A DNA stretch of 56,788 bases. It comes from Actinomycetota bacterium. GTDB taxonomy: Bacteria > Actinomycetota > Actinomycetes > S36-B12. Position 1 is the first letter of the stretch. The number at the start of each line of letters is the position of its first letter. Where the stretch lies: the NCBI GenBank assembly GCA_009700485.1, contig WLLZ01000001.1:1-56788 (forward strand), given 5' to 3'. Below, piece after piece: positions 39,345 through 48,891 of this stretch. The notes beneath the pieces were generated by a model. The model searched no databases and was not told the DNA's origin. It saw only the letters and a program-made list of their open reading frames with translations. Made by a program: the position numbers and the translations under genes.

Positions 39345-40253
39345 GTGCCAATAGTTCGCAGTATCTTCGAGCAGATTGCCAAGAACGATGCCCTCGGGGC
39401 GTTCATAGCAGGTACGCCGGTTGGCCGCGAGTTCGTGCACCGGGTTGCCGGGGGTGAGCAAGTTGAAGATGTAATTGAAGCAGCACAACAGTTGGCCGAC
39501 TCTGGACGTCTTATTAGTTTGGAGCGTGCGGTCCGCGGCGACATCGAAGAGTCAGAGAGCACCTTGGTCTTTGCCGACTACGCAATGGCCGTGAGCGCGC
39601 TAGCTTCAACATCGTTAGCTCGCATCTCCGAGGTGGCAATTCTCCCGGAGTTCATACTTGGTGGACGTTCCAGAGTCGCGCCGCTGAGGCAATTGTGCGC
39701 ACAGGCGCAGGCCAGTCAAGTAGGTGTGATGATCGGGATGGGTCCCGCTGATTTGGTTGATGAGACGATTGATCTAGTTGGTGGATTACGCTCGGATGGC
39801 TTCGACGTTGGAGTGACGTTGCAGTCAGTGCTAAGACGTACCGAAATAGATTGCGAAACCTTCGGGGGTCGGGTGCGCCTTGTTAAAGGGGCACATAGCT
39901 CTGGCTCACTTGATCGATTCGGCCCGGCGATAGAAGTGGACAAGTCGTATATCCGCTGCGCCAAAGCCCTGTTGAGAGCAAATGCTGAATCTGGTTTTGC
40001 CACCCATGACCCCCGCCTAATTGAGATCATCCAGACGGTCGCCGCTCGGCTTCATCATGAAAAAGGCAGTTACGAGTTCGCCATGTATTACGGCCGCAGT
40101 TCGGGGTTGCAGCAGCGGTTGGTCGACGCGGGTGAGGCGGTTCGGGTGTATATCCCGTTCGGCCCGCAGTGGTTCGGCCGCCTCGTGGGAGGCTTGGCCG
40201 AAAGACCGTCCGGTTTACTCCCGGCGATCAGGTCGCTGCTGCCAGGTGCCTGA
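39345..40253 (+). CDS. proline dehydrogenase
   Basis: ...VRLVKGAH..., ...GFATHDPRLI... and C-terminal VRVYIPFGPQWFGRLVGGLAERP typical of monofunctional PRODH. Confidence 0.8.
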   Translation: MPIVRSIFEQIAKNDALGAFIAGTPVGREFVHRVAGGEQVEDVIEAAQQLADSGRLISLERAVRGDIEESESTLVFADYAMAVSALASTSLARISEVAILPEFILGGRSRVAPLRQLCAQAQASQVGVMIGMGPADLVDETIDLVGGLRSDGFDVGVTLQSVLRRTEIDCETFGGRVRLVKGAHSSGSLDRFGPAIEVDKSYIRCAKALLRANAESGFATHDPRLIEIIQTVAARLHHEKGSYEFAMYYGRSSGLQQRLVDAGEAVRVYIPFGPQWFGRLVGGLAERPSGLLPAIRSLLPGA

Positions 40254-40278
40254 TAACCGTTTATCGAAAGGAAATGAC

Positions 40279-41076
40279 GTGACACGAATCGCGGTCCTTG
40301 GCGGCGGGGTGATGGGCGAGGCGCTAATCGTCGGCCTACAGCACCAAATGAACCCCTCTCCGATTATCGTGGTGGCCGAAAAACGACCGGATCGGTCGGC
40401 TGAGCTCATTGACCGGTTTGGTGTGACGATTGCGGCTCCGGCTGACGCCGTAATTGATGCCGACGTGGTAATCATCGTGGTTAAGCCGCAGGACATCCGC
40501 GCGGTAGTAAATGAGATTGCAACTGGCGTGGCCGACGGCGCCTTGGTTATTTCCATCGCTGCCGGCATCACTACTTCGTCAATTGAAGAAGTAATCCCGC
40601 AAGCTAATGTGGTGCGGGCAATGCCAAATACGCCGGCGCGAATTGAACTTGGGGTCACCGGGATTAGTGCAGGCGCCAATTGCGCTGCATCGGCCGCGAC
40701 CCAAGCTGCGGGGTTACTGGCATCAGTTGGCACCGTCATTTTGGTGCCCGAAGATTTACAAGATGCAATTACCGCAGTTTCCGGCAGTGGCCCGGCATAT
40801 GTTTTCTATTTAGCTGAGGCCCTGATGGCTGGTGCGCTGGAGGTGGGGCTAAGTGCGAAAGATGCTCGAACCGCGGTGGTGCACACCCTGCTCGGCGCAG
40901 CCCACCTACTTGAGGTAAGCCACGAAGAGCCAGCGGTGCTGCGCGGCAAGGTCACCTCACCCGGTGGCACCACCGCGGCGGCCATAGCGGTGTTGCAAGA
41001 GCATGAGGTCCTGGACACTTTCGTTGCGGCGATCAAAGCCGCACGGGATCGAAGCCAGGAGTTAGCTAGATCGTGA
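40279..41076 (+). CDS. proC: pyrroline-5-carboxylate reductase
   Basis: ORF trimmed to GTG 40279 (VTRIAVLGGGVMGEAL, Rossmann motif). Also ...VRAMPNTPA... and ...VTSPGGTT... motifs. Confidence 0.9.
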   Translation: MTRIAVLGGGVMGEALIVGLQHQMNPSPIIVVAEKRPDRSAELIDRFGVTIAAPADAVIDADVVIIVVKPQDIRAVVNEIATGVADGALVISIAAGITTSSIEEVIPQANVVRAMPNTPARIELGVTGISAGANCAASAATQAAGLLASVGTVILVPEDLQDAITAVSGSGPAYVFYLAEALMAGALEVGLSAKDARTAVVHTLLGAAHLLEVSHEEPAVLRGKVTSPGGTTAAAIAVLQEHEVLDTFVAAIKAARDRSQELARS

Positions 41077-41375
41077 GCAGGCGGTTAGCGGTGGTCAGGT
41101 GGGTCGCGGTCGGTGGGGGAGGCTAATAGTGGCGAGATCACCTGCCGCGGGCCTGGCCCCAACTAATTACCAAAGCCAGCGGCCACCGAGTGGATCCGTA
41201 GGCTGAACTCCCAAAGGTGGGTCCTAATGGTGGATTAGGGCACCCCGTAGCCCAATTCTTTAGCAATTTGGCAAACCACCTTTCCCTGTGGCCCCGGGTG
41301 CCACTAGTGTTCGGTCTCTGATCACGCATCGGCAGGGGAGCCGAAGCGGACTGCCTGCAGAAAGTTCGGTGCCAA

Positions 41376-41582
41376 ATGACCAGTAACGTCGAGCGCGGCT
41401 TTGCCGAGGTTCGCTTCCTGACAGTTGCCGAGGTTGCCTCGGTAATGCGGGTCTCCAAGATGACTGTTTATCGATTGGTGCACGGCGGTGAGCTGCCCGC
41501 GGTCCGCGTTGGCCGCTCCTTCCGGGTGCCAGAGCAGGCCGTCCACGACTACCTTCGGGACTCCTTCGTGGAGACCGCCTGA
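41376..41582 (+). CDS. small MerR/excisionase-type HTH DNA-binding protein (BldC-like)
   Basis: FLTVAEVASVMRVSKMTVYRLVHGGELPAVRVGRSFRVPEQAVHDYL. Conserved position between proC and bS22. Confidence 0.85.
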   Translation: MTSNVERGFAEVRFLTVAEVASVMRVSKMTVYRLVHGGELPAVRVGRSFRVPEQAVHDYLRDSFVETA

Positions 41583-41612
41583 GGCCCCAGATAGGCTGCA
41601 TGTTGCTAGTGC

Positions 41613-41642
41613 GCGTTCCTGGAATTCCTGAACGCATTTTTT
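41613..41642 (+). terminator. intrinsic terminator between the HTH gene and the bS22 gene
   Basis: GCGTTC ctGGAATTCCt GAACGC followed by ATTTTTT. Confidence 0.6.
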
Positions 41643-41666
41643 GAATGACGAACGCGAGGATTTTTC

Positions 41667-41765
41667 ATGGGCTCAGTGATAAAGAAGCGCCGCAAGCGGA
41701 TGGCAAAGAAGAAGCACCGCAAACTGCTGCGCCGTACCCGAGTTCAGCGGCGCAACAAGGGCTAG
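41667..41765 (+). CDS. 30S ribosomal protein bS22 (actinobacterial, 32 aa)
   Basis: Hand translation [32 protein letters not shown], the highly conserved bS22 sequence. Below the ORF-track cutoff. Confidence 0.9.
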   Translation: MGSVIKKRRKRMAKKKHRKLLRRTRVQRRNKG

Positions 41766-41814
41766 TCAGGAACCGGTAACGAGTCACCGTGATCAGCAAG
41801 CTAGGGGGTCGGTC

Positions 41815-42774
41815 ATGGGGCGCATAGTCCTAGTCACCGGTGTCTCGCGTTATCTCGGTGGGCAAATTGCCCGAATCCTCGCTAAGGATCCGAGTATTGA
41901 TCAGGTAATCGGTGTTGACGTAATACCGCCGAAAGTTAAGTTGTCGCAGATGCAGTTCGTCCGCGCCGATATCCGAAACCCAGTTATTGCCAAGGTCCTT
42001 GGCGAGGCCGGCGTCGACACCGTTGTCCACATGGGGGTGATTGCTACCCCGAGGCAGGCCGGTGGTCGGGCGACCATGAAAGAAATCAACGTCATCGGCA
42101 CGATGCAGTTACTCGCGGCCTGTCAGCGCACCCCTAGTGTCAAGGCATTAGTTGTGAAGTCGTCAGCTTCGGTATACGGAAGTGGGCCAAAGGACCCAGC
42201 GATGTTCACCGAAGAGATGCAGCCTCGGCATACCCCGCGGTCAGGGTGGGCGAAAGACTCGGTTGAGGTGGAGGGATTCGTACGCGGTTTTGCGCGCCGA
42301 CGGCCAGATGTGGCTGTCACCACTTTGCGGTTCGCGAACATCATTGGCCCTGGTATCGATACGGCGATGACAACCTATTTTTCGCTACCGGTGATACCGA
42401 CGGTGTTGGGGTTTGATGCTCGGTTGCAATTCATTCATGAAGATGACGGCCTTGAGTTCATTAAGCGTGCAGTGTTGGGTAGTTATGCCGGGACTTTCAA
42501 TGTCGCGGGCAGCGGCATTTTGATGCTGTCTCAGGCGATCCGTCGAACCGGTCACAAACGCGTTTCACTTCCGGAGTTTTTGTTCATGCCGGTTGGTCGC
42601 AGCATTAGCAGTGCTGGGCTAATTGATTTCACCACCGAACAGGTGCGTTACTTGACTTTTGGCAGGGTACTTGACACCTCCCTTGCCCAAACGACTTTTG
42701 GACACACTCCGATGTATTCAACTCCGCAAGCATTCGCGAGTTTTCTAGCTCGACGCGAGGTATCCGTTGCCTAA
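41815..42774 (+). CDS. NAD-dependent epimerase/dehydratase family protein
   Basis: N-terminal VLVTGVSRYLGGQIA Rossmann motif and SDR-extended layout (..SSASVYG..). Confidence 0.8.
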   Translation: MGRIVLVTGVSRYLGGQIARILAKDPSIDQVIGVDVIPPKVKLSQMQFVRADIRNPVIAKVLGEAGVDTVVHMGVIATPRQAGGRATMKEINVIGTMQLLAACQRTPSVKALVVKSSASVYGSGPKDPAMFTEEMQPRHTPRSGWAKDSVEVEGFVRGFARRRPDVAVTTLRFANIIGPGIDTAMTTYFSLPVIPTVLGFDARLQFIHEDDGLEFIKRAVLGSYAGTFNVAGSGILMLSQAIRRTGHKRVSLPEFLFMPVGRSISSAGLIDFTTEQVRYLTFGRVLDTSLAQTTFGHTPMYSTPQAFASFLARREVSVA

Positions 42775-43678
42775 CGCAAAAATAATCCCGATTCACGGAG
42801 ACGACCCGATCGTCCCGCGCCTTGTTGCAGACCTTGAGCCAGATGTAATGGCGCGACTAATGGAGTTCTGGGAATTCGTGCAGCGAAGGCTCGCCGGAGA
42901 TTATTCAGTTGACGATTTTGGTTTTGATCCTGAGTTCAACGACAAGGTACTGATGGCCTTGGTACGCCCGCTATACAAATCTTGGTTTCGCGTTGAAGCG
43001 TCTGGCCTCGAAAATGTACCGGACCAAACCGGGGCATTGGTGGTGGCGAATCATTCCGGTGTTATCGCCTTTGATGCGGTTATGACACAACTGGCACTCC
43101 TAGATGAGCATCCCGCCCATCGCCACCTACGCATGCTCGGATCAGACCTCGTGTTCCAGAGCCCGTTCCTGGGTGAGATCGCCCGAAAGGCAGGTCACAC
43201 CTTGGCCTGCCATCCCGATGCGGAGCGCCTATTAGGTGATGGCGAGATTGTGGGCGTGTGGCCGGAGGGCTACAAGGGCATTGGCAAACCATTTGCTGAA
43301 CGCTACAAACTGCAGCGTTTCGGCCGCGGCGGTTTTGTGGCAGCGGCACTTCGTACGAAGACCCCAATCATTCCGACCGCCATTGTGGGCGCCGAAGAAA
43401 CGTACCCGATGATCGCGAATGCGACCGTAGTTGCTCGGCTACTTGGTTTGCCGTACTTCCCGATTACACCGACTTTCCCACTACTTGGCCCACTTGGATT
43501 GATCCCACTGCCGAGTAAGTGGTTCATTCACTTTGGTGAACCAATTCACACCGACCAATTTCCAGAAAATGCTGCTGACGACCCGATGCTGGTATTTGAC
43601 TTGACCGATCAGGTTCGCGAGCAAATTCAGCAGACTCTTTATCGACTCCTGATGCAGCGCACTTCGGTGTTCGGCTAG
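42767..43678 (+). CDS. lysophospholipid/glycerol-3-phosphate acyltransferase-family protein
   Basis: VVANHSGVIAFD (HX-type acyltransferase block) and ...VGVWPEGYKG.... TTG start is uncertain. Confidence 0.7.
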   Translation: MPNAKIIPIHGDDPIVPRLVADLEPDVMARLMEFWEFVQRRLAGDYSVDDFGFDPEFNDKVLMALVRPLYKSWFRVEASGLENVPDQTGALVVANHSGVIAFDAVMTQLALLDEHPAHRHLRMLGSDLVFQSPFLGEIARKAGHTLACHPDAERLLGDGEIVGVWPEGYKGIGKPFAERYKLQRFGRGGFVAAALRTKTPIIPTAIVGAEETYPMIANATVVARLLGLPYFPITPTFPLLGPLGLIPLPSKWFIHFGEPIHTDQFPENAADDPMLVFDLTDQVREQIQQTLYRLLMQRTSVFG

Positions 43679-44571
43679 CGCTTGCGCCGGCCTATTGCGT
43701 AACCGATGGCCAAGCCGAACGCAATGCCACCCGCCACTGACAAACCTGGTGCTGAGTACTCCTTGATCTGCGCGCGCCGGCGAAAATCCCGTATCACCCA
43801 ATTATTTTCGCGAGCATGTGCCCGCAGGGTTGAGTCAGGATTAACAGCGACGGGATTGCCCACGGCTGAAAGCATTGGAATGTCATTTGATGAATCCGAG
43901 TATGCGGAGCAGGCGCTGAGGTCTAGGCCTTCGCGGGCCGCGAGAGATCTGATGGCTTCAGATTTTGCCAGGCCGTGCAGCGGGGGCCCGTTTAGCCGGC
44001 CGGTGTATATCCCGTTCTTGACTTCCGAAACCGTGCCTAGTGCACCGGTAAGGCCTAAACGTCGCGCCACCATGGTTGCCAGTTCAACCGGGGTCGCGGT
44101 TACCAGCCAGACTTGCTGCCCAGCATCAAGATGGGCTTGGGCTAGCGCCAGGGACCCGGGGATGAGTTTGTCGACCATGCTCTCGTCGAAGATCGCTTCG
44201 CCGAAAGCATTTAGTTCTTCGACACTTCGTCCTTGCACGAACGAGAGCGCGGCCTCGGTAACCGAAGCTATATCTTCGAGATCCTCGGACCCGCTGACCA
44301 CAAACTTCACTTGCTTGACGGCGAAGCCAGCGATCTCCGGCATCGTGAAATATTTGCGTTTAGCTAAGCCGACGGCAAAGTGGAACACACTCGCCCCGCG
44401 GATGATCGTGTTATCGAGATCGAAGAAGGCAGCGCTGTGCGCCTGCCCGTGCGGGCTAGACGACTCCTTCCCCGCTTTAGCCGATGCCTCGCCGGCACGG
44501 CGATATGCCGAGAGCACATCTAGGTTTCCGGTTTGGGTCGTGGGCGCTGCGGGCAGATCCGGTGCCGTCAT
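43675..44571 (-). CDS. HAD-IB family hydrolase (SerB-like) with C-terminal TM segment
   Basis: Trimmed to ATG 44571. DxDxT motif FFDLDNTII and ...AYSDSSNDIPML.... The upstream part of the track ORF overlaps the divergent ligase gene. Confidence 0.8.
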   Translation of the reverse strand: MTAPDLPAAPTTQTGNLDVLSAYRRAGEASAKAGKESSSPHGQAHSAAFFDLDNTIIRGASVFHFAVGLAKRKYFTMPEIAGFAVKQVKFVVSGSEDLEDIASVTEAALSFVQGRSVEELNAFGEAIFDESMVDKLIPGSLALAQAHLDAGQQVWLVTATPVELATMVARRLGLTGALGTVSEVKNGIYTGRLNGPPLHGLAKSEAIRSLAAREGLDLSACSAYSDSSNDIPMLSAVGNPVAVNPDSTLRAHARENNWVIRDFRRRAQIKEYSAPGLSVAGGIAFGLAIGYAIGRRKR

Positions 44572-44627
44572 AGGCTGAGCGTACCTAGGGGAGCGGCTCC
44601 TGCACAGGCATGGAGGGAGGAGTTGGC

Positions 44628-46151
44628 ATGACACCGAACTCCAACGTGGCTGAATTTGTCCGAAATTCGGCACGCAATTACCCAACCCAAGTTGCCGTCA
44701 TTGATGCAGATCGGATCTTGACTTGGGCAGAACTTGATGCGCAGATTGACGCATTCGCGTGCGGTCTAATACAGCGCGGTTTGCACGCGGGTGAACGAGT
44801 AGCTGGTCTTCTTGGTAACTCAGCTGATTTTGTCGTTGCATATTTCGGTATCTTGCGCGCCGGCCTTGTTGCTGTTCCACTCAACCCGGCCTACACGGCG
44901 CCGGAGATCGCGCTACTAATAGCTGATTCGGGTGCGCGACTCTTGCTCGTAGACGAAGGCACTTCGGCTACCGCCAACGCGGCAACGGCGTCACTTGCGG
45001 CCTGCGAAGTGATTGTCTTGGGAAGCAAACCCTGGCTGGAAATCCTCGAAACTGGTTCGCAACTGGTACTCGCCGAGCAAGTCACCCCGACGAATTCACT
45101 AGCCCTTCTGCTTTTTACCGCAGGCACGAGTGGGCGCCCAAAGGGGGCAATGCTCACCCACGGCGCCCTACGTGCGAATGTCGAGATGATTAGGTCATTG
45201 CAGGATCCACCCGCGGTGCAGCACAGTGATGTAGTACTGCTAGTACTGCCAATGTTCCACGTTTACGGGCTCAATGCCGCACTTGGCTTAGCTGCATCGG
45301 CCGGGGCAACTTGCGTAGTACTAGATCGCTTTGACCCGGTCGGTAGCCTTGAAGTCATCACTAAGCACGGGGTCACTACCGTCGCTGGTGCACCCGGCAT
45401 GTATCAGGCCTGGTGTCGGGTACCCGCTGCCCGCGAAGCCCTTGCCGGGGTTCGACTATTCACCAGCGGTGGTTCACCGTTGCCACCTCGAGTATTTGAA
45501 GAGTTTGCCGCGACCATCGGCCAAGAAATCTTTGAAGGCTATGGCATGACCGAAACTGCCCCGGTCGTCGCGACAACTTTGGTCTCGGGCGTGCCCAAGC
45601 CCGGTTCAGTTGGTCGGCCGTTGCCCGGGGTGCAGGTGCGCTTGGTACATGATGAAGGTTCTGACTCTGGGTCCGACGCCGAAGAAGGGGATCCGGGTGA
45701 GATGTGGGTTCGAGGTTCATCGGTATTTAGTGGCTATTGGCCAGATGGGGTTGGCGGGTCCGACGCTGACGGCTGGTTCCGTTCCGGTGACATCGCATTC
45801 TTCGACGCGGATGGGGACCTACATATTGTTGATCGCCGACGTGAAGTGATTTTGGTTAGTGGCTTCAATGTTTATCCACGTGAAATCGAAGTTGCCATTG
45901 ATTCGATGGATGCGGTAGCCGAAGTTGCCGTGATCGGGGTGCCGGATGACGCGACCGGCGAGGCAGTTACGGCGCTCGTGGTTGCAGTGCCGGGTGTGAC
46001 ACTTTCGGTGGGAGATGTGGCTGCGTATTGCGCCGAGCGGCTGGCGCGGTTTAAGTGTCCATCGGTGATTCGAATTGTCGATGCGCTGCCACACTCAGCA
46101 ACCGGCAAGGTGGCTAAAGGCCGACTTCGTGAGGTTTATGGAGATGAGTGA
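44628..46151 (+). CDS. AMP-dependent acyl-CoA synthetase/ligase
   Basis: AMP-binding motif LLFTAGTSGRPKGAMLTH, plus ...GYGMTETAP... and ...GWFRSGDIAFFDADG.... ATG 44628 is preceded by GGAGGGAGG. Confidence 0.88.
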   Translation: MTPNSNVAEFVRNSARNYPTQVAVIDADRILTWAELDAQIDAFACGLIQRGLHAGERVAGLLGNSADFVVAYFGILRAGLVAVPLNPAYTAPEIALLIADSGARLLLVDEGTSATANAATASLAACEVIVLGSKPWLEILETGSQLVLAEQVTPTNSLALLLFTAGTSGRPKGAMLTHGALRANVEMIRSLQDPPAVQHSDVVLLVLPMFHVYGLNAALGLAASAGATCVVLDRFDPVGSLEVITKHGVTTVAGAPGMYQAWCRVPAAREALAGVRLFTSGGSPLPPRVFEEFAATIGQEIFEGYGMTETAPVVATTLVSGVPKPGSVGRPLPGVQVRLVHDEGSDSGSDAEEGDPGEMWVRGSSVFSGYWPDGVGGSDADGWFRSGDIAFFDADGDLHIVDRRREVILVSGFNVYPREIEVAIDSMDAVAEVAVIGVPDDATGEAVTALVVAVPGVTLSVGDVAAYCAERLARFKCPSVIRIVDALPHSATGKVAKGRLREVYGDE

Positions 46152-46172
46152 CAAGTGCTCACTTGACCCTTC

Positions 46173-46406
46173 ATGAACGTCACAATTGTCGGCAAGCCGG
46201 GCTGTCACCTTTGTGATGAGGCCCGGGTAATCGTTGAGCAGGTGTGCGCGGAGACCGGTGCGACCTGGGATGAAGTGTCAGTGTTGGAGGATGTCGCCCT
46301 CTTTGATTCTTATTGGGAGAAGATCCCGGTGCTGCTCATTGATGGAGCTGTTCACGATTTCTGGAGAGTAGATCCGGAACGGTTGCGCAGAGCCCTATCC
46401 CGATAA
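46173..46406 (+). CDS. glutaredoxin-like small protein
   Basis: VTIVGKPGCHLCDEA CxxC motif in a 77-aa protein. Confidence 0.8.
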   Translation: MNVTIVGKPGCHLCDEARVIVEQVCAETGATWDEVSVLEDVALFDSYWEKIPVLLIDGAVHDFWRVDPERLRRALSR

Positions 46407-46504
46407 TCGGACGCGAGCGTCCGCTCAACTTTGTGAAGTCGGGAACTAACGCCTAACCTTAGGGCACCTCGTCGAATGCGGCGGGGCTTCCCAGCAGGAG
46501 CAAC

Positions 46505-47215
46505 ATGTCAATCTCCCTCGGCAAAGGTCGGCCCCGTGAGGCCGGTCGTGGTATTCCAGATGCCACGGTAGCCCGGCTACCGGTTTACCACCGCGTGTTG
46601 GTTTCCCTCAGCGAGGCCGGGGTGCAGACGGTTTCCTCCGAGGCACTGGCTGCTAAATGCGGGGTTAGCTCGGCTAAATTTCGCAAAGACCTTTCATATT
46701 TAGGCTCGTACGGAACCCGTGGGGTTGGCTACGACGTCTCGTATTTGACCTACCACATCAGCCGTGAGTTGGGCTCCGCGCAGCCTTGGGGCGTGGTAAT
46801 CGTGGGCATTGGCAATTTAGGTCGGGCGTTGATTTCCTATCGGGGATTTACTTCACGTGGTTTTGCCATCGTGGGCCTAGTCGATAATCATCCTGACGTA
46901 GTAGGCGAAAGCATCACACTTAGTGAGCTCGGCAATCTCGTAGCATTGAAAGTTCGCCCCCTCGTCGAACTCGAGACCATCGTGGGCGCGACCAAAGCCC
47001 AAATCGGGGTGATTGCCACGCCGGCGGATTGTGCCCAAGGGGTATGTGAACGACTCGTTGCCTCCGGGATTCGCAGCATCTTGAATTTCGCGCCTGTGGT
47101 CCTTGAGGTCCCCAACGGAGTTGAAGTACGCAAAGTTGATCTCGCGGTTGAATTGCAGATCCTCGCATTCCACGAGCAACGTCGTGGCTATGAGCCGGAG
47201 GCGATGAACGCATGA
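46505..47215 (+). CDS. rex: redox-sensing transcriptional repressor Rex
   Basis: IPDATVARLPVYHRVL winged-helix N-terminus and NAD(H) Rossmann motif VVIVGIGNLGRAL. Confidence 0.92.
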   Translation: MSISLGKGRPREAGRGIPDATVARLPVYHRVLVSLSEAGVQTVSSEALAAKCGVSSAKFRKDLSYLGSYGTRGVGYDVSYLTYHISRELGSAQPWGVVIVGIGNLGRALISYRGFTSRGFAIVGLVDNHPDVVGESITLSELGNLVALKVRPLVELETIVGATKAQIGVIATPADCAQGVCERLVASGIRSILNFAPVVLEVPNGVEVRKVDLAVELQILAFHEQRRGYEPEAMNA

Positions 47216-48885
47216 CCAAGCCAAAGAATCCAGTAATACCAAATGAGCCAATCAGTATCAGCCCAGGAGACATTGTGAATACGACTACCAAGGCCCGTAA
47301 AAAGGTGAGCCTCGGTTCGGTAGCGCTTGTCGCAGCTGGCCCGGGTGATCCGGAGTTGCTGACCCTTCGCTCGGCAGCACTTCTGCGCGATGCTGAAGTC
47401 GTCATTGTTGATACTGAAGCGATTGACATAGCTAACGCCCACTCAAATGCCGGTGCCGAAATCATCATCGCGGTTGATCAAGAAGGTGCGCCCCTAGATC
47501 AGGTGGAGCGGGCCAAATTAATCGTGAATGCTGCGCGAGATGGCAAGCGCACCGTACGACTCATCGCTGGCGACCCGGTCGTCGACGGCACGTTACTTCA
47601 TGAGGCGGCGGCGCTACGTAAAGCCAAGGTGCCTTTTGAGGTTGCCCCGGGAGTCAGCGAAGTTACCGGAATCCCGGCTTATGCCGGATTTGGATTAACC
47701 GGTGGCCGCACTCGGCAATTTCGCGTGGTCGACGCTGACGATGCCGACTTGGATTGGGCTGACCTTGTCAACCCGCGCATCACCTTGGTGGTACTCAATG
47801 GCGCAGACAAAGTTGCTGAAATTGCAGCGATGCTGGTGCAGGCCGGTGCCGATCCGCAGACTCATATCGCGGTAACCCGAAGGGGCACCACGGTTGATCA
47901 GCGAACAATTGCCAGCACTTTGTCCGAGATTGGCAATATCTCAAAACTGATGAAACTCGCTGGTGTTGGCATCGTGGTCGTCGGCGATGTCGTGGCACAG
48001 CGCGAGAAATTGGATTGGTTCGAGGTTAAGTCGCTTTTTGGCTGGCGTGTGTTGATCCCACGTACCCAAGACACCACCGGTTCGATCATGTCGCTGCTGC
48101 GCGGGCATGGGGCGGTACCCATGGAGGTGCCGACGATTTCGGTCGAGCCGCCGCGGACCCCGCAGCAAATTGACCGGGCAATCCACGGCCTAGTTTCCGG
48201 TCGTTACGAGTGGATTGGTTTTACTTCGGTAAACGCGGTACGAGCTATCCGCGAAAAACTAGATGAGTACGGCCTTGATGCGCGGTCGTTCGCGGGCCTG
48301 AAAGTAGCGGCGGTTGGTGACAGCACGGTGGCCTCGCTAATCGAATTCGGCGTACGCCCGGATTTAGTCCCGGTTGGCGACCAGTCAACCAGGGCTTTGC
48401 TTGAAGACTGGCCGATATACGACTCATTGACCGATCCAATTAACCGGGTCTTCCTGCCCCGCGCCGATATTGCAACCGACACTTTGGCTGCTGGTTTGGC
48501 TGAACTTGGCTGGGAGGTCGAAGACATCACGGCTTATCGCACCGTGCGGGCAGCACCACCGCCCGCCGAGGTGCGCGAAGCCATCAAGACCGGTGGTTTC
48601 GACGCCGTCCTATTTACCTCTAGCAGCACGGTGCGCAACCTCGTTGGCATCGCGGGCAAGCCACATCACACCACAATCGTGGCGTGCATCGGCCCGCAGA
48701 CCGCTAAGGCTGCGCAGGAGCACGGCCTGCGAGTTGACGTACTCGCCGGCACCAGCACCTTGCACGGGTTGGTCGCGGCGGTTGCGGCTCATGGAGAGGT
48801 TCTGCGCCAAGCGGCTCTCGAATCCGGTGAAGGCAGTTGGCGCCCGAGTCGGCGTCGCACCGCTGCACGCCGCAAAGTCACGTAA
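47212..48885 (+). CDS. hemD: fused uroporphyrinogen-III C-methyltransferase-like / uroporphyrinogen-III synthase
   Basis: N-terminal domain with VAAGPGDPELLTLRS and GDPVVDG. C-terminal HemD-type domain (..LIPRTQD...GFTSVNAVRA...LFTSSSTVRN..). ATGA overlap with the rex stop. Confidence 0.85.
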   Translation: MTKPKNPVIPNEPISISPGDIVNTTTKARKKVSLGSVALVAAGPGDPELLTLRSAALLRDAEVVIVDTEAIDIANAHSNAGAEIIIAVDQEGAPLDQVERAKLIVNAARDGKRTVRLIAGDPVVDGTLLHEAAALRKAKVPFEVAPGVSEVTGIPAYAGFGLTGGRTRQFRVVDADDADLDWADLVNPRITLVVLNGADKVAEIAAMLVQAGADPQTHIAVTRRGTTVDQRTIASTLSEIGNISKLMKLAGVGIVVVGDVVAQREKLDWFEVKSLFGWRVLIPRTQDTTGSIMSLLRGHGAVPMEVPTISVEPPRTPQQIDRAIHGLVSGRYEWIGFTSVNAVRAIREKLDEYGLDARSFAGLKVAAVGDSTVASLIEFGVRPDLVPVGDQSTRALLEDWPIYDSLTDPINRVFLPRADIATDTLAAGLAELGWEVEDITAYRTVRAAPPPAEVREAIKTGGFDAVLFTSSSTVRNLVGIAGKPHHTTIVACIGPQTAKAAQEHGLRVDVLAGTSTLHGLVAAVAAHGEVLRQAALESGEGSWRPSRRRTAARRKVT

Positions 48886-48891
48886 CTTAGA

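Noticed and set aside
41077-41375. The 300-nt gap between proC and the HTH gene, considered as a possible sRNA or riboswitch.
   Set aside because: I could not recognise any known motif or a convincing conserved structure by eye. It is probably a long 5' UTR or promoter region for the BldC-like gene.
43706-44578. 290-aa plus-strand ORF antisense to the HAD hydrolase gene. Similar long antisense ORFs occur at 32140..32793, 26748..27365, 9488..10120, 6316..6888, 4757..5236, 33569..34129, 40215..40739 and 13978..14511.
   Set aside because: Each lies fully inside a well-supported conserved gene on the other strand. They have Ala/Arg/Ser/Pro-rich low-complexity composition and no recognisable motifs. 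This is the usual stop-codon-poor antisense-frame artefact of GC-rich DNA.
46431-46437. Rex operator upstream of rex (TTGTGAA half-site).
   Set aside because: Only one half-site is present, and the expected inverted TTCACAA partner is missing (the sequence is aactaa). That is not enough to call a ROP site.
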